Notes under the pieces: generated by a model
Seen by the model: only the letters and a program-made list of their open reading frames with translations
Told to the model about the DNA's origin: nothing
The model's database searches: none
NCBI GenBank assembly: GCA_963514005.1
Contig: OY740826.1
Span: forward strand, 2,480,001 to 2,544,000
DNA length: 64,000 nt
Direction: 5' to 3'
DNA from: Raja brachyura
Lineage: Eukaryota
Shown: positions 23,401 to 35,799 of the stretch, in pieces
Numbering within the stretch: the first letter of the stretch is position 1
How the letters are laid out: the number at the start of each line of letters is the position of its first letter
Position numbers and translations under genes: made by a program

Positions 23401-24125
23401 CTCTTGCGGTTCACAGACTTGCCAGCTGCCTCCCACTTTTGCGGGCTGGAAGAATCTGTCAGCCACGTGTACATTGAGTATGTGAGGCTGCAGCCACTGT
23501 TTTAATACCTAAAGGGGCTGCTACTTGCCTTCTGGCTGCATTTCTCACCCACCATCCTCATCTTTGGACACACTGTGCATGGGGGAGAGCGTAGGGCTGA
23601 AGATGTCCTGGTTGGGTTGCCCCTGGACCTGGCCAAGCTGGCCATCCTCGAGTCACTGCGTCAGGCGGAAGAGGGCTCTGCCCGAGCCAGCTGCCTGCCC
23701 CTTTTCCGGGGTTACATCCGTGCCCGGGTGGTGTTTGAGAGGGACTATGCACTGTCCACGGGCAACATTATGGTGGTGGGTTCTGTTTTGTTTTATTGTA
23801 TTGTAAGTATTATTTTTAACAATTGATTTCATTTTTTGATATTAAAAAAAGGCTCGGTGGGGGAGGACCACAGTCTAGGGTCCTTCCGCTGCTGGGCATG
23901 GGGGGGGGGGGGGGGGGCGGGGTGGAGATGCCCCTCAAAATTAAGGGAAGGGATTCCACGCCAGTGGGCCACATGAGTGGCAAGGGTGGGGGATCAATTT
24001 GTGTAATTTGTGTAAACATTATTGAATGTATGTATAGCCTCCAAGGATGTGGAATGGAGATTTGTAAGGATCATCTATTGGATATATTTATTTCTCAAAT
24101 AAAGTATATTTTGAATTTTTTTTTA
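20470..24125 (+). mobile_element. Degenerate Tx1-clade LINE (gag zinc knuckles, deleted ORF2) with a second Tx1 3' fragment
   Basis: GHETKDC..KNCNLCREAGHLYRACPK. ORF2 pieces KTPRSDGLP, KVLGIWF, WLAVRGALP..CPWDGC..EETV. Second C-terminus CHFCGLEESVSHVY at about 23430. AATAAA at about 24098. Many stops. Confidence 0.85.
21229..21415. repeat. 42-bp minisatellite (4+ copies) within Tx1 ORF1
   Basis: Unit GACCGGGAGCAGTGCAGCGGCCAATGGGCCCCAGCTCCGGGA, an in-frame 14-aa repeat. Confidence 0.95.
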
Positions 24126-25399
24126 ATGGAAGCTTTATAAACAACACAATTGTGACTTTTACAAGATATTCAGACGGGAATGTAATAGGAAGGCTATAGT
24201 TTAGTTTAGAGATACAACAAGGAAACATAGAAAATAGGTGCAGGAGTAGGCCATTCGGCCATTCGAGCCAGCACCGCAGTCAATGTGATCATGGCTGACC
24301 ATCCAAAATCAGTACCCCGTTCCTGCTTCCTCCCCATATCCCTTAATTTCGTTAGCCCAAAGAGCTAAGAACTCTTGAAAACATCCAATGAATTGGCCTC
24401 CACTGCCTTCTGTGGCAGAGAATTCCCAGATTCACAACTCTCTGGGTGAAAACAATTTTCCTCATCTCAGTCCTAAATGGCTTATCCCTTATTCTTAAAC
24501 TGTGACCCCTGGTTCTGGACTCCCCCCAACATCGGGAACATTTTCAATGCATCTCACCTGTCCAATCCCTTAAGGATTTATATGTTTCTATAAGATCCCC
24601 TCTCATCCTTCTAAATTCCAGTGACTACAAGCCTAGTCGATCCATTCTTTCATCATATGTCAGTCCCGCCATCCCGGGAATTAACCTGGTGAACCTATGC
24701 CACACTCCCTCAATAGCAAGAATGTCTTTCCTCAAATTAGGAGACCAAAAATCAAATAAAAGAGATGTTTAAAACATAATTCTGAGACACGTGACTGTAA
24801 TGGTTCAGCATTTTAATCTCTTTGTTTACAAATGCAACAAATCCAAATCCTCTGCAGAAAACATGTAATGATATAAAAATAGTATCAGGATTAATCTTGC
24901 AGCTGCTCCACTATTAGATGACCATGACTGATTAGTTTTAGTTTAGTGTAGTTTAGAGACACAGCGTGGGAACAGGACCTTCGGCCCACCGAGTCAGCGC
25001 CGACCAGCGATCCCCGCACACTACACACACCAAGTCCAGTCCAGTCAAGTCACTTTTATTTCTACAGCACATTTAAAAAACAACTCTCGTTGACCAAAGT
25101 GCTTTACATTGGTGGAGGTACTAACGTTATACAACAGTGGTTCATAGATTAAGCACATACATAAATACATACATATAGCCCTCCCTCAGAGGACGTCAAG
25201 AAAGGCTTGAGAGTAAAGATGAGTTTTAAGTCTCGACAAAAGAGTCGATGGAAGGGGCAGTTCTGATGGGAAGAGGGATGCTGTTCCACAGTCTAGGAGC
25301 TGCAAACACAAAGCCCCTGAGCTTATGCCTAGACCGCGGGATGTTCAGTAACCCCAAGTCTGCCGATCTGAGGGACCTGGAGGTGGTGTGGTGGATAAG

Positions 25400-25610
25400 C
25401 AGGGACAATTTAGATTTACAGCAAGCCAATTAACCTACAAACCAGCCCATCTTTGGGGTGTGGGAGGAAAGCGAAGATCCCAGAGAAAACCCACGCAGGT
25501 CACGGGGAGAACGTACAAACTCCGTACAGACAGCACCTGTAGTCAGGATCGAACCCGGGTCTCTGGCGCTGTGAGGCAGCAACTCTACCGCTGCGCCACC
25601 GTGCCGCCCT
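25400..25610 (-). mobile_element. tRNA-derived V-SINE (HE1-like)
   Basis: GGCGGCACGGTGGCGCAGCGGTAGAG (A box), GGTTCGATCC (B box), and V-domain-like GGAGTTTGTACGTTCTCCCCGTG. Confidence 0.8.
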
Positions 25611-26147
25611 TTGTCAGATTTCCAGTGTCTGCGTTTCATTATTATTATTACTCACCAATGCCACACAGAGAGCTGCTTGCTATGAAACTTGTTATAGAAC
25701 ATGGCGCTACAAGAGCAAGAGGGCGTTTCAGAGTTTCAGAATAGCATTAGCAAAAATCCCACAGGATTTTCAAAAAATAAAAGTCTGTATTTAATAACTA
25801 CGAGTCTATTTTGTAACTGCAGGTAAAGACTGTGTTTAACAGACTATCATGTGATCAGTGTCAACAGAAGCAATTATTGTCAATGTTAATAGTTACCCGC
25901 GGAACAGTCTGTGTTCTAAAGAAACAAAGGCTTTTTTAAAGAGATACAGCGGGGAAACAGGCCCTTCGGCCCACCGAGTCCGCACCGGCCATCGATCATC
26001 CGTTCACACACTAGTTCTATGTTATCCCACTATTTCATCTACAGAGGGTTAATTAATCTATGAAACCCAAGGTAGTTAAGGCTGGTGTAGCGCTCCCTCC
26101 CCATCACCTCACCCTCCCTCCCTCCTCACCGCCCCTGTCTCCCCTCC

Positions 26148-26327
26148 TCACCGCCCCTCCCTCCCTCCTCCCACCAACCCCTTCCCCTGCTTGGACTGGA
26201 ACCAGAGCTCCGTGTATTCCACCCCCTCGCCACTGTGCACGGTGTCTCCGCTGCTCGGTACCTCCCGCAGGTTGGCGTACACGGCCGCTTGCTCTTCCCC
26301 CGGCCCGTCCTGTGCACTCCCCGCGCT
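26148..26327 (-). CDS. Siglec-like terminal cytoplasmic exon with tyrosine motifs
   Basis: cctttccttccag| phase 0. SAGSAQDGPGEEQAAVYANLREVPSSGDTVHSGEGVEYTELWFQSKQGKGLVGGGREGR*. VEYTEL is an ITIM consensus; AVYANL is ITIM-like. Confidence 0.85.
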   Translation of the reverse strand, partial: SAGSAQDGPGEEQAAVYANLREVPSSGDTVHSGEGVEYTELWFQSKQGKGLVGGGREGR

Positions 26328-26689
26328 CTGGAAGGAAAGGGAAGCAGACGGGCTGTTGTGGGTTTAGTACAGAGCAGTGCGCGGTGTGGCCCGGCATTTA
26401 ATACCATCAGCGAGAAGGTGCACAACTCCTGAACTCCCACAGACCCAGGTTCAGCCATGTTGTTTATGTTCTCCTCTCTCACACTCTCTCTCTCTCCCTC
26501 TCCTCTCACTCTTTCTCTCTCTCTCCTCTTTCTCTCTCACTCTCTCACACTAATGCACTCTATCTCTCACACTCGCAGTTTCACACTCTCTCTCTCTCCC
26601 CCTCTCACACTGTCTCCCTCTCTCAAACTTTCTCTCACACTCACGCCCACCCTCACACTCTCTCTCACGTAGTTAGATAAATCAATATT

Positions 26690-27020
26690 CATACCCCCGG
26701 TTGCTAAATACTTTAATTCCGCTTCCCACACTGACCTTTCTGTCCTCGGTCTCCTCCATTGACAGAGTGAGGCTAAACGCAAATTGGAGGACCAGCATCT
26801 CATATTCCGCTTGGGCAGCTTACAGCCCAGTGATATGAACATTGATTTCCCTCACTTGAGGTAGCCCTGTGTTCCCTCCCTCCATCCCTCCCCCACCCAA
26901 GTTGCACCAGCTTCTCGTTTTCACCCAACAAACCGCTAACAGTGACCTGTTTCCTTTATCATCGTTACTTTGCATTTATCTTTCATTCAATGTTCTTTAT
27001 CTCTCTCTACATCATCGTCT
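26690..27020 (+). mobile_element. Penelope-like element 3' fragment (GIY-YIG C-terminus)
   Basis: PVAKYFN..H.DLSVLGLLH*QSEAKRKLEDQHLIFRLGSLQPSDMNIDF. Confidence 0.75.
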
Positions 27021-27560
27021 ATATAGAGTCGTACATTGTGGAAACAGGCCCTTCGGCCAAACTTGCCCACACACTAGTCCCACCTGCCTGCGCTTGGTCC
27101 ATATCCCTCCAAACTTGTCCTGTCCATGTAGTTTTCTAACCGTTTCTTAAACTTAGGGATAGTCCCAGCCTCAACTACCTCCTCCAGCAGCACGTTCCAC
27201 ACACATGCCACCGTTTGGGTGAAAAAGCTACCCCTCAGATTTTTTTCCCCTTCACCTTGAACCTATGTCCTCTGGTCCTCGATTCCCCTACTCTGGGCAA
27301 GAGACTCTGTGCATCTACCTGATCTATTCCTCTCATGATTTTATACACCTCTATAAGATCACCCATCATCCCCCTGCGCTCCAAGGAATAGAGTCCCAGG
27401 CTCCTCAACCTCTCCCTGTAGCTCAGGCCCCTCGAGTCTCAACCGAAACGTCAACTGTTCCTTCTCTCCAGAGATTCTGCCTGTTCCGCTGAGTTACTCC
27501 AGCTTTTTGTGCCCACTTTTGTATCATCTGTAGTTGAGATTAAATGCAAAGTTCCACTAC

Positions 27561-27627
27561 CTGATTGGTGGCAGAGTGTGGGCAGTAGATCACATTGGTG
27601 TCTTGGATTCCTGAAGCATCTTCCCTC
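27561..27627 (-). CDS. Siglec-like cytoplasmic exon (67 nt, phase 2-0)
   Basis: ttctgttgctgcag| ... CAG|gtagtg. (R)REDASGIQDTNVIYCPHSATNQ links the TM and terminal exons in frame. Confidence 0.75.
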
Positions 27628-29674
27628 CTGCAGCAACAGAAGATCACACCAAGTTTACAGCACATCTGCACATCAGCAAAGTCCAAGTACAAAGTTGCAG
27701 TTGTATTGGACGTTGGTCATAAAGTCATGAGGTCATTAATGATAGGAGCAGAATTAAATCATTCAGCCCATCAAGTCTACTCCGCCATTCAATCATGGCT
27801 GATCTAACTCTTCCTCCTAATCCCATTCTCCTGCCTTTTTCCCATAACCCCTGACATCCATACTAATCAATAACCTATCCATCCCTGCCTTAAAAATATC
27901 CATTAACTTGGCCTCCACAGCCTTCTGCGGCAAAGAATTCCACAGATTCACCACCCTCTGACTAAAGGAATTCCTCTCAGCTGCTTCCTGAAGGAACGTC
28001 CTTTAATTCTGAGGCTACGACCTCTAGTCCTAGACTCTCCCACTAGTGGAAACATCCTCTCCACGTCCACTCAATCCAAGCCTTTCACTATTCAGCAGGT
28101 TTCAATGCATTTAGAGTATTGTGTTCAGTTCTGGGCACCATGTTGTCGGGGAGATGTTGTCAAGCTCGAAAGGGTGCCGAGACGATTTACGTGGATGTTG
28201 CCAGGACTCAATGGCCTGAGCTACAGGGAGAGGATGAGCAGGCTGATTCTCTATTCCTTGGGGAACAGGAGGATGAGGGGTGATCTTATAGAGAGGTGTT
28301 TAAAATCATGAGAGGAATAGATGGGGTAGACGCACAGAGCATCTTGCCCAGAGTGGGGAATCGTGGACCAGAGGTCAGAGGTTTAATGTGGGGGGGGGGG
28401 GGGGGGGTGGTGGGTGAGATTCAATAGGAACCTGAGCGCTAACATTTTCACACAAAGGGTAGTGGGTGTATGGAACGAGCTGCCGGAGGAAGTAGTTGAG
28501 CCATGGGAGTAATGTTTAAGAAACAGTTAGGCAGGTAAATGGATGGGATGGGTTTAGAGTGACATGGACCAAACGCAGGCAGGTGGGACTAGTGTAGATG
28601 GGGCATGTTGGCCGATATGGGCAAGTTGGGCCGAAGGGCCCGTTTCCACACTGTGTGACAACTACAAACAGGGGCCATGCCATTGATTTTTCCAATTTCA
28701 TGCAACTCCTGCATTCCTTTCCCCCCCCCTCTCCACTCCCACCCCTCCCCCACCCTAGTCATCCGCCTAGTTCCACTGTTCACATCATTCTATCCCTGTC
28801 TTTAGCACACAATCCCCAGCCAACAATGGGCCATTGTGGGCTCCACCCTTCATAAGTTCAAGAAACAGAATTACGCCATTCGGCCCATCAAGTCTACTCC
28901 GTCAATCAATCATGGCTGATCTATCTCTCCCTCTCAATCCCATTCTCCTGCCATCTCCCCATAATCCTGACACCCGTACTAATCAAGAACCTATCTATCT
29001 TGGCCTTAAACATATCGATTGGCTTGGCGTCAACAGCCTTCTGCGGCAAAGAATTCCACAGATTCACCACCCTATGACTGAAGAAATTCCTCCTCATCTT
29101 CTTCCTAAAGTTAGTTCTTTAATTCTACGGCTGTGGCCTCTGGTCCTAGACTCTCCCACTAGTGGAAACATCCTCTCCATATCCACTCTTTCCAGAACAT
29201 TCACTATTCATTAAATTTCAATGAGGTCCCCCCCTCATCCTTCTAAACTCCAGCTAGTACAGGCCCAGTAAGTGTCAAACGCTCATCATATGTTAATCAT
29301 TCTCGTAAACCTCCTTTGGACCCTCTCCAGAGCCAGCACAACCTCCCTCAGATATGGGGCCCAAAACGGCTCTTAACAGTCCAAAGGTCATCTGTTGCTG
29401 GCTCTGTTTTGTTCTGACTTTCTCAACCTTTCAGTCTGAAGAAGGTCCCGACCGAAAATGTCACCTATTCCTTAATCCCCAGAGATGCTGCCTGACCCGC
29501 TGAGTTACTCCAGCACATTGTACCTATCCGTGTTCTCCAGAGATGCTGCCTGACTTGCCGAGTTACTCCAGCATTTTGTGTCTGTGAACAGGAGTTAGCC
29601 TGGCAGAAGCAGTCATAAGAAGCAGATGACAAAGATGGATTTGGGAGTGAAAATGTGGATTTATTTAAACTTAC

Positions 29675-29771
29675 CGCTGTGTATACTTGTAGATGAAGAA
29701 TCCAGCTAGCTCAGCGATCAGTATTATCCCTGCTGTAAGCAAAACTGCCATCCAAATACTGAAGCTTTTAG
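29675..29771 (-). CDS. Siglec-like transmembrane exon (97 nt, phase 1-2)
   Basis: ttgttcttacag| ... CG|gtaagt. (A)KSFSIWMAVLLTAGIILIAELAGFFIYKYTQR. Confidence 0.85.
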
Positions 29772-31036
29772 CTGTAAGAACAACCAGAGGTGTGTTTTCA
29801 GATTTTTCAGTTTAATTTATTGTCACGTGTAACGAGGTACAGTGAAAAGCTTTTGTGGCGTGCTATCCAGTCAGTGGAAAGGCAACACATGATTACTCTC
29901 TCCCCCTGCCCACACACCCCTCCCCCCCACACTCCACCCCCCCCCCCCCACCCACACACACCCCTCCCTCCCACACACCCTCACCCTGCCCACACACACC
30001 CCTCCCTCACCTTAGATCCTCTGGCCACTAGTACATCAGGGAAATTGTTTGTGTCTTCCTTAGTGAAGACGGATCGGATGCTTTCAACAGAGAGTACGAT
30101 AGAGCTCTTAAAGATAGCAGAGTCAAGGAATATGGTGAGAAGGCAGGAATGGGGTACTGAATGTGGATGATCAGCCATGATCAAATTGAATGGCGGTGTT
30201 GGCCGAAGGGCCGAATGGCCTTCTCTGCACCTACTGTTTATTGTCAAAGTACCTGTTCAACTCGTCTGCTATTTCCCTGTTCTCCAAAATAAACTCACCT
30301 GTTTCAGTCTTCAAGATTCCAACTTTGGCTTAACTAATTTTTTCCTCTTCACATAGCAAAGGAAGCTTTTACTATCCTCCTTTATATTCTTGGCTAGCTT
30401 ACCTTCGTACCTCATCTTTTCTCCCCGCATTACCTTTTTAGTTATCTTCTGTTGCTCTTTAAGTTACCCAATCCTCTGGCTTCCCACTCATCTTTGCAAT
30501 GTTATACTTCTACTCTACTATTTTCATACTCTCCCTGACTTCCCTTGTCAGCCACGTTCGCCCCTTACTCCCCTTGGAATCTTTCTTTCTCTTTGGAATG
30601 AACTGATCCTGCAACTTCTGTATTATTCCCAGAAATACCTGCCATTGTTGTACCACTGTCATCCCTGCCAGGGTATCTTTCCAATCAACTTTGGCCAGCT
30701 CCTCCCTCATGACTCCATAGTCCCCTTTGTTCAACTTTAATACTGACATTTCTGATTTTCTCTTCTCTGCCTCAAATTGTATATTAAAACATATTATGGT
30801 CCCTACCTGCTAATGGCTTCTTTACCTCGCGTTCCCTTATGAAATCCGGTTCATTACACAACACTTAGGTTGTTGTGTAATGAGAATGTTGCCAGCCCTC
30901 GAGAATTAGACAGGTACACGATGAGGTCAGGTTTGCAAGGGTATGGGCCAAATGCAGGCAGGTGGGACTGGTGTAGGTGCGACATGTTGGTTGGTATGGG
31001 CACGTTGGGCCGAAGAACCTGTTTCCACACGGTATG

Positions 31037-31370
31037 TGTAGGAGCTATTTATGTTTAGGCCAGCTACTGCTGGCATATTATATTAGTTTGTCTGGATATT
31101 TCTAGCGGTATTATTTTGGACACTTGGTGGCGGTCATTTGATGAATGGAGGGGTGCAACACATGGGCTTCATGGACAGGGAGTGATTCAGACCTGCTACA
31201 GGAGGTGGAGGGTACACAGTTCACACAGATCAGGAGAACAGGAAGCTACAACTTGTATGAGCATAAAGAGAACCTGGTACATTCATTTCTTTGTTTGTAC
31301 AACTACTTCAATAAAGAATGACTGGAAGATCTGTTCTTTTTTGGTCTGTGTAAGATCACTCCTCCTTACA
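31037..31370 (+). mobile_element. Probable solo LTR (334 bp)
   Basis: Begins TGTAGGAG and ends CTCCTTACA (TG..CA with short inverted termini). AATAAA at about 31310. Flanks TATG/TGTG form an imperfect 4-bp TSD. Confidence 0.55.
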
Positions 31371-31475
31371 TGTGTAGTAATGGCAATGGAAAGTTGGCCA
31401 TTGTAAAAGTTAGAAATGGCCATTACAGTTTGACTCTCTGGCTCTCTGACTTCTCTCGCCCAGAGATGTCCTCAC

Positions 31476-31769
31476 CTTCAATCGACAGATACACTCTGAG
31501 CATGGCTTCCCCGTGCCGGTTTCGGACTGAGCACAAGGCCGTCACGTGCTCCCCTCCCTCACCCCCTCTCAGAGTGAGGGAGCCATACACCAGATGCCCG
31601 CTTGCCACCTGCCAGATGTGGAGACGTCCGTGGGTTTGATTTCCGCTGAGGTTGGCGAGGGGGAGGTGCCAGGTGAGCTCTCCGGGTGGGTTGCACCTGG
31701 CCGCACACACACAGGTGACACTCTCAGGTGTGTGAGTGCATCCCGAATCCCAGAAAATCTCTGGCGCAT
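31476..31769 (-). CDS. Siglec-like Ig domain 4 (membrane-proximal C2), 294 nt, phase 1-1
   Basis: tctccctctccag| ... GAAG|gtgagg. APEIFWDSGCTHTPESVTCVCAARCNPPGELTW...ALCSVRNRHGE. Confidence 0.9.
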
Positions 31770-32279
31770 CTGGAGAGGGAGAAACAAGACATGAAAGAGT
31801 TGTGAATCTGTGCAATTCTCTGCCACAGAATGCTGTGGAGTCCAATTCACTGGATTTTATTTCAAGACAGAGTTAGATTTAGTGCTAAGGGCCAAAGGAA
31901 TCAAGGGATATGGGGAAAAAGCAGGACTCAGGGGTACTGATTTTAATAGATCAGCCAAGATCATATTGAATGGTGGTGCTGGCTTGAGGGGCAGAATGGC
32001 CTACTCCTGCACCTATTTTTCTATGTTTCTAGGAGATCAAACGCAAAATGCTGGACTAAACTCAGCGGGACAGGCAGCATCTCTGGAGAGAAGGATCTGC
32101 CTCCATCACTGCCCTTGGCAGCGTGTTGCAGATGCTCTCCATGGTCTGTTAAACAGTTTACCAGGAATACAAGTATCTTATACAAATAACATCAGTCTGA
32201 ATAATGGGTCTCACCCCAAAACGTCACCTATTCCTTCCCTCCAGGGCTGCTGCCTGTCCCGCTGAGTTACTCCAGCAAT

Positions 32280-32680
32280 AACCAACCAGATCTCCCAGTG
32301 GCCCAGCACTTAAACTCTTCTTCACATTCTGAATCTGACCTTTCTGACCTGGGCTTCTCCATGGCCAGAGTGAGGCCCACCGTAAATTGGAGGAGCAGCA
32401 CCTCATATTTCGCTTGGGCCGTTTACACCTCAGCGGTATGAATATTGACTTCTCTAATATCAGGTAGTCCCGGCTTTCTCCTCTCCTTCCCAGCTCTCCC
32501 TCAGCCCACTGTCTCCGCCTCTTCCTTCCTTCTTCCCACCCCGCCCCACCCTCACATCAGTATGAAGAAGGGTCTCAACCCGGAATGTTGCACAATTCCT
32601 ACGCTCCATAGATGCTGCCTCACCTGCTGAGTTTCACCAGCATTTTTGTCTGCTCCAGTATTTTGTGTCTATCTTCAGTA
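32280..32680 (+). mobile_element. Penelope-like 3' fragment with decayed hammerhead-like motif
   Basis: RKLEEQHLIFRLGRLHLSGMNIDFSN, followed by the family 3' repeat. Confidence 0.75.
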
Positions 32681-32685
32681 AACGG

Positions 32686-33302
32686 GACTGATCCATGAAC
32701 GCTGAGGCCCTGTACAAGAAGGAACAGAGCTTTCTGAGAAGGCTCCGCTCCTTCAACATCTGCAGCAAGATGCTGCAAATGTTCTACTAGTCGGTGGTGG
32801 CCAGTGCCATCTTCTTCGCTGCCGTGTGCCGGGGCAGAAGGGCGAAGGCTGCGGACGCCAATGGGATCAACAAGCTCATCAGGAAGGCCGGCTCCATCCT
32901 GGGAGCGGAGTTGGATTCACAGGAGGTTGGTCTTGGAGGGGAGGATGCTCGTCAAACTGTGGAGCATCTGGGACAATACAGCTCACCCCCTCCGTGACAC
33001 ATTGGTCAACCTGAGGAGCACCTTCAGCAACAGACTGGTTCCACCAAGATGCAGGACAGAACGCCACAGGAGATCCTTCTTCCCTGTGGCTATCAAAGTG
33101 TACAACTCCTCCCCCTTCTGTCGTAGTGTAGACTGAGACTGACTCGCCTCCCCACCACCCCCCTCCCACGTAATCTTTGCACAGCCCCCAAGCCTTTCCA
33201 CTCGTCACTTTAATTTCATATTTCAAGTATTTTGTGTTTGTGTATTTTGTGTTTTTAGTATTCTCCTGGGATAAATAAAGTTCTATCGTGTCGTATCGTA
33301 TT
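32686..33302 (+). mobile_element. Rex1/Babar LINE 3' end
   Basis: ALYKK..FLRRLRSFNIC..ML.MFY*SVVASAIFFA...T.R..RSFFP.AI; AATAAA plus (TATCG)n tail. Confidence 0.8.
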
Positions 33303-33734
33303 GTAAAAGTTGCCCCGCACATCTCCTTTACCATTTTCCCCTTTCACCTTAAAGCTCTGCCCTCTCAACCTTGACATTTGCACCACGTGAAAAAGATTCT
33401 GACTGTCTACCTTCTCAATGCAACTCATAGTTTTATATATTTCTGTCAGGTCTCCCCTCAGCCTTTCAACTGGGTGGTGAATCTGTGGAATTCTTTGCCA
33501 CAGACGGCAGTGGAGGCCAAGTCAGTGGATATATTTAAGGCAGAGATAGATAGATTCTTGATTAGTGCGGGTGTCAGAGGTTATGGGGAGAAGGCAGGAG
33601 AATGGGGCAGGGGAGGGAGAAATAGATCAGCCATGATCGAATGGCAGAGTAGACTTGATGGGCCGAATGGCCTTATTGTGCTCCCATCACTTATGAACAT
33701 GAACTCCAGAGAAAGTCTATCCAACCTCTTCTTT

Positions 33735-34045
33735 AGTTTAGTTTAGAGATACAGCACGGAAACAGGCCCTTCGGCCCATCGTGTCCACGCCGACCAGCGA
33801 TCCCCACACACTTGTACTATCCTGCACACACTAGGGACAATTTACAAATATACCAAGCCAATTAACCTGCACACCTGTACATCTTTGGAGTGTGGGAGGA
33901 AACCGGAGCACTCGAAGAAAACCCACGTAGGTTGTGGGATGAACTTGCAAACTCCGTACCGACAAGCACCCGTCGTGAGGATTGAACCCGGCTCTCTGGT
34001 GCTGTGAGGCAGCAACTCTAGCGTTGAACCACTGTGTGCCCCCCT
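33735..34045 (-). mobile_element. V-SINE (HE1-like), near full length
   Basis: tRNA-like head, V-domain-like core, CR1-like tail ending (CTAAA)n. Confidence 0.75.
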
Positions 34046-34863
34046 TAAAACTCCTTATTGGTAATACTCTCTAATCCAGGCAGCGTTCTGCTCCCTGACC
34101 ACATCCTTCCTGTAATGGGGTGACCAGAACTGCACACAATGCTTCAAATAATTTTATTTAATCTTCCTCATCTTAGAAGAGGAGAGAGGAAATATAGGAA
34201 AGATGCTGTCAAGCAGGAAAGGGAGCAGAGAAGATTTATGAGGATGTGGCCAGGACTAGAGGGCCTGAGCTATAGGGAAAGGTTGAGCAGGCTAGGACTC
34301 TATTCCTTGGTGCGCAGGAGAATGACGGGTGATTATAAAATAGAAGGTGTGATATAGAAGATTAAGATAAGATAATAAGATTATAAGAGAAGTTTAAAAA
34401 CATGAGAGGAATAGATTGGGTAGATGGTAGGTGAAGGGGAAAAGATTTAAAAGGAATCTAGGGGTGACCTTTTCATACAAAGGCTAGTTGTTGTATGGAA
34501 TGAGCTGCCAGAGGTGGTCGTTGAGGCTGGGACTATCCCAGCGTTTTAGAAACAGACAAGTACATGGATAGGACAAGTTTGGAGGGATATGGGCCAAACA
34601 TGGGCAGGTGGGACTAATGTAGCTGGGACATGTAGGCTGTTGAAAGCAAGTTGAGCTGTTCCCACGCTGTGTCACTCTGTGCCTCTATATGACTATGACT
34701 TTATGAATCCATGGCTCTATAACTCTATGAGATGGCAGGAGAGTGGGGTGAGGAGGGAGAGTTAGATCAGCCATGATTGAATGGTGGAGTAGACTTAGCC
34801 AATCTAATTCTGCCCCTATCACTTATGACGTTTTGTGGGACGTGTAAGTGTGTGTCTACTCAC

Positions 34864-35145
34864 ATTCTACAGTGAGGGTCACATTCCTCTCTGCTGTCCC
34901 GTGTTCATTCTCCGCCACACACTGATAGACCCCAGCATCCTTCCATGTCAGCTGAGGGAACTGCATCCGCAGCTCGTTGCTGGAACGTGTTGTGTTCAGC
35001 GTGATACCGAGATGTCTCCACGTCAGGTTAGATGCTGGGAAACTCTGGACGGAGCAGAGGATCGCTGCAAAGTTTCCTTCCTTTATGATGACCCGGGAAC
35101 TGTTCGCATCGTCGTGGAAAGTGATTGAGAGATTTCGTGGAGCAT
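34864..35145 (-). CDS. Siglec-like Ig domain 3 (C2), 282 nt, phase 1-1
   Basis: ttgtctttag| ... GAAT|gtgagt. APRNLSI...ILCSVQSFPASNLTW...DAGVYQCVAENEHG. Confidence 0.92.
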
Positions 35146-35799
35146 CTAAAGACAAACGAAGGTTTAAATGTGTCAATCTATTCCCCTCATGATCTTTTCA
35201 CCTCTATAAGATCACCCCTCATCCACCTGCGCTCCAAGGAATAGAGACCCAGCCTGCTCAACCTCTCCCTGTAGCTCAGGCCCTCTGTTCCTGGCAACAT
35301 TCTGATAAAAAGTCTCTGAACCCTTTCAAGCTAATATCTTTCCTGTAACATGGTGTCCAGAACTGAACACAATATTCTAAATGGGGTCTCACCAACGTCT
35401 TATACAACTGCAATATGATCACCCAACTTCGATACTCAATACTCTGACTGATGAAGGCCAGTATGGCAAAAGCCTTTTTGACCACCCAATCTGTCTGTGA
35501 CTTGAACTTCAAGGAACCTTGCACCTGCACTCCTTGATCCCTCTGCTCTACAGCACTCCCCAGAGGTCTACCATTAACTGTGTAGGTGCTGCTCTTGTTA
35601 GACGTCCCAAAATGCAACATCTCACATTTCTGTGATTTAAATTCAATTAACCATTCATCAGCTCATCTGGCCAATGATCAAGTTCCTGCTGCAATCTTTC
35701 ACAACATTGCTGTTCTGCCACATCCCCTCTCACTGCTCCCCCTCTGTGATGCCTCCTGCTCTCCGATCTTACATTCATTGTTCTTTATCTCTCTACATC

